Assembly: GCF_006345805.1 (NCBI RefSeq)
Contig: NC_043006.1
Coordinates: forward strand, 69,874,001-69,938,000
Direction: 5' to 3'
DNA: 64,000 nucleotides
Origin: Octopus sinensis
Lineage: Eukaryota
The notes beneath the pieces were generated by a model that did not search any database, was not told the origin of the DNA, and saw nothing but the letters and a program-made list of their open reading frames with translations. How positions within the stretch are numbered: position 1 is the stretch's first letter; each line of letters starts with the position of its first letter. Shown one piece after another: positions 53,487 to 64,000 of this stretch. A program made the translations under genes and the position numbers.

Positions 53487-53906
53487 TAATAGAAATATTA
53501 AAATTACTAAGTCTCTTTAAAAGAGATTACGACAGCGTTTCTGGAAATTAATAGTTATTAAATGTATTCCACCGTAACTAGGTAAAATCTTCGAGCAGAG
53601 ACGGTCAGTAGCGTCACCTGCAGGTCTGACTACGCTGCATTGATAAGGGGCAACAACCCTGAAACATGTCTGTAGCTGTCGGACTAGCAGGTTGAAGCGG
53701 CTGACCTCCCCTGTTCGAAGGTTTAATAACGGACGCAGTTTGTGTGTCAAGTAACTAGCTTGAGGCGATGGCTTCATGGAGTTAATCAGCGACAGCTTTA
53801 TTCTTATTTTTAAGAATGCCATATTAGTATGGCGATAACTATTAATTTCCAGAAACGCTGTGGTAATCTCTTTTAAAGAGACTTAGTAATTTTAATATTT
53901 CTATTA
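53487..53906 (+). mobile_element. 420-bp element with 72-bp inverted arms around an HHR core
   Basis: 53487-53558 and 53835-53906 are inverted with 1 mismatch. Confidence 0.85.
53634..53676 (+). ncRNA. Minimal type I hammerhead with a compensatory U3-A8 core
   Basis: GCUGCA-UUGAUAA-GGGG(caacaa)CCCU-GAA-ACAUGU-C-UGUAGC; predicted cleavage after GUC (53670). Confidence 0.72.
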
Positions 53907-55902
53907 GATATATATACATATATATATATATATATCGGGAAGAGAGTTTAAATATGCAGAGGTCTTTTAAAGATATTTATTGACTCGACTGGTTTCACTT
54001 TTAAAAAAAAGATCAAAAGTAATGTAACTGATAATACTAAAATAGTTTACTTCATCCTATCCTCCATCTTTCTGGGCATACACCACTATCTTACTGATTT
54101 CTGAGATTTGTTTCTTTATGTAGTTATAGCGAATTTATAGCCATTTTAAAATCGAGGTTTGGGAATCTATCCGACATTAATTAGATTTATTATCAGCCGC
54201 TAGAACTTAACAGTGGTTTTAATTCTTAGTGGACGTAGTAGATGTTCTGATGGTGATAAGGAGATAGATAAATGTAGCTATACCACCATCGCATAATCCC
54301 CATTGTTATTCTCTTCTGCCACTCCAAATTATAGTTGCTACAATAATAGCAACAAGCATAGAATTCTTTTATTCTCAAGGGCTGATAAAATATTTGCTAA
54401 AATATTATAATGGAGTATCCTGCATGTTGAAAACCAATATGGTTTTACGCATCCGAAGTAGGCGGTGTACCTCAAACTGATGTAATGCTTGCATTGTTCG
54501 ATTAAATGGAGCCGCCTGAAACGGCCGTAATGCACTATTACCTTAACGTCCTTGTTTACTTATATATATATATATATATATATATATTGACGGACTTCTT
54601 TCACTTTTTGTTTACCAAATTCACTCACAAAATGCAACACAACGAGCGTGAACTTGGAACCATACGATTGGGAAGCAAACGTTTTAGCATAGAATTACGC
54701 TACCCCTTACAAACCCACAAACTTATGCATGAAATTATAACTGCGTCTCAATAAAAAATAAGAAGGAAAATCGCTGGAATGCCTTTGCACATAGATTCGA
54801 TAAATCGTGACCGATGTGTTTTTGTGTGAAACTCATGTCAATTCTCTCCAGGTTACCCATAACACACATCCACAGAAGTTAATTTCAAGTACTGCCATCT
54901 AAATCACGTTCATTTTTCTGTGTTACAGTTGTTAGACACTCTACAGCCCGGTCTCGCTATATTTAGAGTTTGAAAAACAAATTAAATGGGCAAATGCGGA
55001 TCTGAGTTTTCGTGCATGCCTCTGCGGGAGTATCGTTTTATTCCGAAAATTATAATAAGGTAATTATACCAGACTGATTAACTTATTGTAAATTTCAATA
55101 TAAGCCGGAAGCTTTATAATATACCAGATGTTTACATTATGCTCTTCCAGTAGGTTATATTTTTGTTATTAGAACCTCAGAATCCCATTGTTTTCCTTCT
55201 TTTCGATAATAGTTGTCCTGAATCTCCACTATCACAACTGAAATTTGTGCTAACATGCTCCTTTCCTTATAATTGTATTGTATTAATATCATGACACATA
55301 AAACCCATCACCGTACGGGATTTAAAAAAAAATTTCTTCAACTTACTATCAAAGTTTTTGAGAACTTGATTTTCATGATATGTACATCTTGACAACTGGC
55401 GTGAATTATCATGATACAGGTAACTCTTTTCCAATATCCAGGTGACTTCCACACTTCCATATCAGCTAACTTTTTCTCAACAATGACTTTAAACTTTATG
55501 CTCTCTAACGCCGTTGACAGCTCACCAATGCATCAAGCTGTTCCTGACTAAAGAAGACATTAAAAATCGTGAAATTTAGCCCAAACACTTTGTACATACA
55601 TACATACAGACAGACAGAAAGACAGGCAGACAGACATAACCAGCCGAAATTGCAAAGATAATCTGGAACTCGACTGAGGAAAGAAAACTCCAAATGACCT
55701 GTTCTTGTTTTCTTTGTATCCTCTGTCTGGGTGTTTTGTTGACCCTTTTTTGTATCACCTAACTGTTTGGATGTTTGGCGTTCTTGTCCCATTTTTGCAT
55801 TTTTTATATACATACATACATACATATATACGCACGCACACACACTTACATATACAGAAACATTATATATATATATATATATACATACATACACACACAC
55901 AC

Positions 55903-55979
<77 letters not shown>

Positions 55980-56578
55980 ATATGTATATGTATATACGCA
56001 CATTCACACATTATATATGTCAAGCTGTATGGAAATCATCACCATTTGATAGTTCAGCCATTCCTCCCCATCGTCAACAAACTCGAGCACTTTACCGTGC
56101 CTATTCTATCCCTGCCTCTTTTGCATTCCATTCTATTACCGTTCCTTAACGATCCGCATCTAACTGGCAGAACAGTGAAACGATATTCACACAAGTGTTT
56201 GCCATACTAACAAAAGTACTTTTGTCTTAAATCTGAAATCTGTTCTTTCAAGATTATGCGGATTACTGTATGAGACCCAAACGCCTCAGATGGCTGGTAC
56301 TGGTATTAATGAAAATAATAGTTGTGAGAATAGTGGTGGTGGTGATGGTAGTGGTGGTGGTGATGGTAGTGGTGGTGGTGATGGTGGTGGTAAGAGTGAT
56401 GGCGGATAGAGTGGTGGTAGAAGTGGCGGTGTTGACAGTGACGGTAGTGGTGATGGTGGTGGTTGTGATGGTGGTGGTGGTGGTAGTGGTCTTGATAGTG
56501 ATGGTGATGATATTGGTGATGGTTTTGGCAATAGGGAAAGCATCTGTGTCCGTGGGAATGAAAGCGGTGGTGGGGGCT

Positions 56579-56614
<36 letters not shown>

Positions 56615-57334
56615 ATCATAGTGACAGTATTATGGTAAGTAGTGTTAAATGCTGGTAGTCTTAGTGGTGGTGGTAACATTGGTGGTGGTGGTGGTGATGT
56701 TGATGGTGGTGGTGGTAGTGGTGGTGGTAGCAGTTGTGTTGGTGGTGGTTGTTGTGGTGATGGTGGTGGTGATGTTGATTGTAGTGGTGATGGTGTTGAT
56801 GATGGTGGTGGTACTGACGGGGTGGTAGAGGTGATGATGGTGGTAGCGGCGATTATAGTTGTGGGAGTGATTGTGGTGGTTGTAGGGGTGTTGGTAGAGG
56901 TGGTGGTAGTGGCGGTGATGGCAGTAATGGCGGCGGTGGTAGTGATGGTGTTGATGGTGGCGTTAGTGGTCGTAAAGGAGGTTGTACTTGTAAACCATAA
57001 TAGCACCGCTCTCCACGACCCTACTACCGCTTTCTCACAACCACCGGAGAGAAAGACCAAAAAAACAGATAGACAGACAGACAGAGGGCACCAATCTAAC
57101 ACGAATAAAGCCACACCTATAACACTCTCCTCTCCTTCACTATCATACATGTAATAACATTACATTAGTATTACAACACCGTCAGCACCATACCATCCCA
57201 GCATGGTCACAACTTCGCTACCACAAGGTCACTCCTGCATCATAGTCCCGACAGCATCACCGCCACAGCAGCGACACCTACAAAGAAGCGTCACTCAGGG
57301 TCTACCATCGCGACATTTTTTTTATTATCATTTA

Positions 57335-57712
57335 TTCGTGTCAGTCATTAGACTCTGGCCTGGCTAGGGGCACAGCCCTCAACAGTTTTTAGTCGAACGA
57401 ATCGACCCCCCCCCCAATACTTTTATTCAAAGCCTGATGCTTATTCTATTAGTTTTGTTTTGCCGAACTGCTAGGTTAAGGGAAAGTGAACAAGCTAATA
57501 CCGTTTGTCAAGCGGTGGTGCGTGACAAACAGAAACATACACACACACAGATATACGATGGGCTTCCTTTAGATTCCGTCTACCAAATCCACTCACATGC
57601 CTTTGGTCAGCCCGTGGCTATAGTAGGAGACACTTTCCAAAGGTGTCACACAGTAGGACTGAACCCAGAACCATGTGGTTGGGAAACAAACTTCATACTA
57701 CACAGCCACGTC
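57335..57712 (-). mobile_element. SINE family B (diverged)
   Basis: Family body and head in reverse. Confidence 0.8.
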
Positions 57713-58467
57713 TGCAATACTATCACCAGCGATGTAACTAACATCTGCAAGATCCTTGTCACACCACTACCATAACATCCCTACTCCGGAGTCACAATTG
57801 ACAACACTACTTCAATACTATCACCCACACTGTAACATCCATAGCGCTACTAACACCACTTCAACCACAATCAGCTGTTATGTAATTTGCTCTCACAGCA
57901 ACTCGAACGCAATTATAAACCGAGATTTCAAACAGAAGTACAGTGTGTTTGTGATAAATACTATAAAAAATGTATCTATGGTGGAGAATTAATCCCTCGG
58001 GTACAATTGTAGAATCTGGAGGGTACAGGGTAGTGTTTGGGGGAGGAATGGATGGTTTTGAAATGCTCGAAAATGGAAAATCGTTCAAGCCAATTATGCC
58101 ATAATTGTACGGGTTGACAGTAGAATAATAGATATCTTTCACATGTTTAACGTGTGTGTGTGAGGGGCGAGTGTCAGTGCAAACATTCACACACATATCT
58201 GAGAAAATGTAAAATGTAGATAACAGAAAACCTTAGTTGTGGTTATTGCCTACGATGTGAAAATATCCCAGCGTTCTCTTAACTAAACGGGAAAGTAACT
58301 TCGAATATTCTTGTAGATTTGTTTTGGGAATTATTGATTTAGGAATTACTGTCTTCTCATCAAGGTATCCCGAGGCTACCCAAAAACTATGAAGTGTTAT
58401 GTTCAGCTGTAAATTATCATTAATGATCTCTCTGATTTCCAACAACTTGATACTTCTGCAATTATAT

Positions 58468-58502
<35 letters not shown>

Positions 58503-58582
58503 ATATATATAATATATATATGTGTGTGGTGTGTTGTCGTGTGTGTTTGTGTGTGTACATATATATATACATATATAATATA

Positions 58583-58613
<31 letters not shown>

Positions 58614-58614
58614 C

Positions 58615-58658
<44 letters not shown>

Positions 58659-58679
58659 ATATATATAATATATTATATA

Positions 58680-61357
58680 CACATAACACTGGACACCCTA
58701 AAGGGACACACACATGGAACAATATACAAATGGATAGAAACCAACACATAACCCACAACAAACATCAAGGAAATCGAAACCACACAAAACACAAACACCA
58801 ACCCCTGCAACCCACAAATTTCCAAGATGGATAAAACAACTCCCACTATCAATACAATACAAACACAATACATGAACCATCCACCTACCCACAAAGAAAC
58901 CTGACCCCAGTAATAATATTGGCTCAACCAACACAGAAGATGGGAAGAAAACAACTACCAAAGACAAACACACACATACAGACCACACAGACCACCCCAA
59001 CTACAAGAAAACCTAAGAACTGAAAATGGAATTTGGAGACGTAACAACACAACCCATTTTTTAGGGAGAGGATACTTCAACCATACTCCAGACCCAATAC
59101 ACCAAAACATTCCGGATGAACTCCCAAAACACATAGACCCCAAAATAATAAACTTATCTAAAAGAGAACTTGACGAATATGAAATGAACCTACTACTAAA
59201 AGGCCTCAAATTTACACCTACACCCACTCCAAACCTCATAGAACTAAAAACTGACATAGATAACTTCAGCCGCTACCTCCGCCTTATGGAATTCTTTGAA
59301 AATAAAGAAACAGAAGATAACTCAATCATAAGAAAAAATCCCACTTCACCCTTACAAGGAAGTGACAAACACCTTGACACGTACATAGAAACAATATCCA
59401 AATTCCCTCTTCACACACACAAATGCAAACAGAATCTCCGCAGAGAAGAAAGCAAGCCCTACAAAAACTGAAAAATGACAAATCAATCGTTATAAAAGAA
59501 GCTGACAAAGGTGGAGCAATAGTAATTATGGACACAGATTACTACAAAGAAAGATACTAGAGTTACTGAACAACCAGACATATTACAAAGAGGAACAACA
59601 CCACCGGAGAAAAACAACAATAAGAAAATTAGAACTTTAGTCAATGAATATCAGGACTCCTTACAGATAAGGAGGAAGATTATCTATGCAACTCACAAAC
59701 CAAGAAAGCAACTTTTATGGATTACCTAAAATTCATAAAAGCTCGGAAATACAGAGAGCCATAAAGGAACAGAGGAACCACTACATAAGAGTACAAAGAC
59801 CTGCAGACCTCACGATGAGACCAATAGTGGCAGGACCCCAGGCACCAACACAACAACTAAGCCACTTCATAGATATACTCCTCAAACCTCTATGCCCACA
59901 GATTCCAAGCTACATAAGGGATGACATAGACTTCCTCACACACATTCCAAATACAGTCCCGAAAAACACCATACTTGCAAGCTTTGATGTCACAAATCTA
60001 TACACAAACATACCACACACCCTAGGTCTAGAAGCTATAAAACAATCAATAGAAAAATACAGAGAACTTATAGATGAACGCTTCAAGACAAACTTTATCA
60101 CCCAAGCCACCCAACTAATACTAGAAGAAAACACATTCTCATTCAACAACAAGACATACCGACAGATAAAAGGCACGGCTATGGGTACAAAATTCGCACC
60201 TTCATATGCCAACCTAGTGATGGGCTTCCTGGAGAAAAAAACTATATGACGAAATAGGGAAAGTCTTCGAACACGACTTCAGAGAAGACATCAAGAAAAA
60301 GTGGAAACGCTACCTCGATGACTGTTTCATCTTTTGGAACAGATCAGAAGAGGACCTACAAACATTCCACAACATCCTCAATACGCTGCACCCATCTATC
60401 AATTTCACATAGATACCAGCCACAACGAACTTCCCTTCCTAGACATCAACATCAAAATACACAACTCCATCGTCACAACAGACATCCACTACAAAAAACT
60501 GACACACATCAATACTTAAATTTCCACTCCTGCCACCCATCCCACACAAAAAGAAAACATCCCATATAGTATGGCACGACGAAATGTAGCATAGTAACTG
60601 ATTCACAAATACGATTAATAAGACTAGATGAACTCAAAAGCTTCCTCCTAGAGCAAAAATACCCCCTTAAACTATAGAAAATGGAATCACAAGAGCATTA
60701 AAACTAGACATCACACAACTCAGGACACCCAAAACAAACACAAGAAAACACTATCCCTTTTATAAACACACACAACCCTGGAGTTACCAACATCTTCCAA
60801 ACCATACATTCAAACCTACCAATAGCCTTACAGAGCCCAAAATGAAAAACATATTAAACAAATATAGCAAAAAAACAGTAGACGACAGGACAAAAACCTA
60901 AAAAAACACCTAACAAGAGCGAAATTCTCTTCAGACTAAAACGGAATTCTTTGCAAAAGAGTGCGGAGATGGTAGATGTGGGACCTGCAGCAACCCCACC
61001 TACAAATACATAGAGAGCAACAGAGAGATAAGATTTAAAAATGGTGTCATATTCAAAGTAAATGCAGATATGAACTGCAAGACGCAGAACGTCATATACT
61101 GCATAACCTGCCCCACATGCAAGGAGAATTACGTAGGAGAAAACTGGTAATTCTTTGTGCCAGCGAGCCAGGATCCACCGACAAACATATTCGGCAGGAA
61201 GAACTACGCAAAATACCACTAAGCACACACCTAGCTACATGTGGAGAAGGAAAATTTAAGATATTTCCTTCTACAAGTGTCCGAAGAATGACACCCCCTT
61301 CAGGAGGAATATGGAAAACATTTCATAGCTAAGTTCTCCCCAAAAATAAATGGCTGA
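58680..61357 (+). mobile_element. Near-complete Penelope-like retroelement (Neptune-like): RT plus C-C linker plus GIY-YIG, frameshifted
   Basis: Translates NLS..LLKGLKFTPT..FSRYLRLMEFF; DKGGAIV; FYGLPKIHK; MRPIVAG; SFDVTNLYTNIP; KGTAMGTKFAP; WKRYLDDCFIFW; LPFLDI; CGDGRCGTC; NVIYCITCPTCKENYVGETG. Stop at about 61357. Confidence 0.95.
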
Positions 61358-61658
61358 AACTTTACTCAACATACATTGAAGGAAAAATCTGTGTGTGTGT
61401 AGATGTGTGTATTGCCTGTTATATACATCATATTATATATTATCTTATAATTCACTCCATCTTTACCCTTTAATTGTCACTTTAGTTTTAACTTTCCTAT
61501 GACATACAACTTTCAAGATGGTATAATTTGGTTGTTCATTTTGAGCCGATAAAAAGGTTTTTTCAAATATTTTATGTATAAGTCTGTTGTGTGTATATAT
61601 ATGTGTTGGTATAAATATCAACACACAAAAATATTTTTCTTCTCCACTTCCTCCCTTA

Positions 61659-61689
<31 letters not shown>

Positions 61690-62399
61690 TTTTATTTTTT
61701 ATTCTTTATATTTTATTTATTCTTTATATTTTTTTATTTTATTTTTATTTTTTGTTTTTTTTATTTATTTTATTTTTTTATTTTTTAATTTTTTATTTTT
61801 TATTATTATTATTTTTATTTCCCTTTTATTCTTCCCTTTTCTCTTTTTGTCTCTCTCCCCTTCTCCAAACACACAGACAACACAACACACACACACACAT
61901 ACACAACACACACACACCACACACACAACAAAACCACCACAGACCACAGAGACACACACAACACACACACACCTCCACAGAATGATCATAGAAAGTGTGA
62001 CCCCAAATGACATTTGCCAGGCCAACCTATGCACAACACACACTCAGTGACATTGAAATGGACGGCCAAAGTTCTTATAAAACCACAGGGGATCCAGCAG
62101 ACCAACGGAAATAACACTTCTTCACTCTCAGATATAAATGCGCACACACACACACACACATACGCACACACACACCACACACACACACACCACATACACA
62201 CATATTTTCTCTCTGTCTCACTTCCTCCTCACCCACTACTACGAAACTATAAAAAGGTTCAAACTACCCACAACTGATTTGATTTGAAACCCACTAGAAT
62301 GGGAGCAAGCGCTAATCCGAATGATATGATATATATGTAAAAAATGTAATATATAAATAATATCTACAAATATGAACCATCTGATCTGATTACCTCAAT

Positions 62400-62445
<46 letters not shown>

Positions 62446-62466
62446 ATATATATTATTTATATATAT

Positions 62467-63758
62467 CGAGGGGCGTTCAATAAGTATGCCCCTGACCCAC
62501 TTCCCATAGGGGTAGAGCAACGAAACTTGGCATAGTTATAGTCTTCTTCTACATAGGAACCACACAGAGTTACGCATTTCTCCCATTGTTTGATGCAGCT
62601 CTGGAGGCCGTTTTTATAGAAGACCCCAGCTTGGTCCCCCAACCATGACGTGACTTCAGAAATCAAGGCTGCATCATATAGGAAACTCTTTCCTTTCAAA
62701 AACAACTTCATGGCTGGGAAGAGGTGAAAATCAGAGGGTGCAAGGTCAAGAGAATAGGGGAATGGGGGAGGAGTTCATAGCCGCGCGCATGTGCTTCTGA
62801 TCTGGCGACACGCGAGTTGTGGACCGGAGCGTTGTCCTGCAGGAGGAGGATGCCTTTGGTGATCTTGCCCCGCCTCTTGATTTTGATAGCTTCTCTTAAT
62901 TTCCTCAAAAGTGAAGCATAATAGGCTCTTGTAATTGTGGTACCCTTTGCCAGGAAATCTGTCATCACTACTCCGTCCTGGTCCCAGAAGATTCTGAGCA
63001 TGACCGTGCCAGCGGAGGGCTGCACCCTTGCCTTCTTTGGAGGAATTGAGTCACGGTGCTTCGACTGCATTGATTGGGCTTTGGTCTCTGGATCATAGTG
63101 ATGGATCCAGGTTTCATCCTGTGTAATCAGTCTTTTGAAAAATTTTGACTAATCTTCTTGGCACATCTCCAAATTCATCCTCGAGCACTCAACGCGTTCT
63201 TGCTTCTGGAAAGGTGTGAGCAACCTGGGAATCCATCTGGCAGACACCTTTTGCATATGCAAATGGTCATGAATGATAGTCTCCACAGACCCGGTACTAA
63301 TCTTGACGTAATGGGCTATTTGGTGAATAGTTATGCATCGATCTTCCAAAATGGCAGCCTCACCTTGACAGACAGATGCCTCATCAATGGCAGAAGTGGG
63401 GCGACCAGATCTGGGAGCTGTTTCCACAGAGTTCCGACCATGTTTGAATTCACGATGCCAGCGTTTTACAAGGTCATATGATGGGGCATCATCACCATAA
63501 GTTACTTTCATTTCATCAAAAGTCTCCCGTGGTGTGCGACCTTTCAAATACAAAATCCGGATCACTGCTCGACACTCAACGGGCTCTATTTCACACTTGA
63601 CTCAGTTCAAAACACCTGTAAATCAGAAACCACAATTAGTTCAGAGCTGTAATTTGCTAATTAATCTATTAGAGATATAAATAATTGCACATGCAAAATT
63701 TCAGCTAGATCAAAAACAAACGCAAGTGAGTCAGGGGCATTACTTATTGAACGTCCTC

Positions 63759-63759
<1 letters not shown>
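62467..63759 (-). mobile_element. Full-length mariner, irritans-like subfamily, mildly degenerate
   Basis: TIRs cgaggggcgttcaataagta(a)tgcccctgac at both ends. Translates KVSARWIPRLLT..ITQDETWIHHYDPETK..LLLQDNAPVH; at least one premature stop and a frameshift. Confidence 0.96.
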
Positions 63760-63796
<37 letters not shown>

Positions 63797-63838
63797 GTAT
63801 ATATATATACATATACATATATATATATATATATATAT

Positions 63839-63875
<37 letters not shown>

Positions 63876-64000
63876 TATGCAGTTTTTCAGATGACAGATC
63901 CCGAAGAGATGGTGGTGTGGATTTCCACCTCGGCATCCAAAACTCAGTTTTATCTTGGCTACTGATAATGTCACATATTATTTTACAGATAATTCCTCTA

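Noticed and set aside
54930-55200. Possible old mariner remnant (LYSP.LA..FRSLKNKLNG)
   Set aside because: It is only one short frameshifted motif with no TIR, too weak to list as a feature.
56263-57150. 295-aa Thr/Pro-rich mucin-like ORF (and Gly/Val-rich ORFs on the + strand)
   Set aside because: It is a degenerate (GGT/GAT/AGT)n tract open in several frames on both strands, with no domain or splice context.
61975-62110. Possible second PLE C-terminal tip (IIESV..KWTAKVLIKPQGIQ)
   Set aside because: The similarity is too short and degenerate to support without a search.
1022-63974. Most ORFs in the provided track (YI/CV/HT/LS repeats)
   Set aside because: They are translations of (TA)n, (CA)n, (TAGA)n, (TACA)n and (TAA)n microsatellites.

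Overview
This is AT-rich, microsatellite-saturated animal DNA. The SINE families, mariners and Penelope-like elements suggest an octopod cephalopod (inference, not checked by search). I find no confident host-gene exon: almost all listed ORFs are microsatellite read-throughs, so the window is probably intergenic or intronic. It holds many tRNA-derived SINEs, four Tc1/mariner elements plus a rosa-like relic, 3' ends of RLE-type LINEs in (TAA)n, two L1/Tx1-like LINE relics, three Helitron-like termini, a 79-bp satellite and a near full-length 5S rRNA copy fused to a SINE. It also holds Penelope-like elements (PLEs): one near-complete at 58.7-61.4 kb and two relics. The main unexplained signal is RNA structure. 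A ~491-bp tandem array (42106-44428) carries a complete type I hammerhead ribozyme (HHR) fold in each unit, the architecture of a non-LTR retrozyme that yields circular RNA. At least six further HHR families occur in the window, three of them in fold-back structures at 48.9-53.9 kb, including a compensatory U3-A8 core and a U4C core. All folds were derived by hand and none has been tested.
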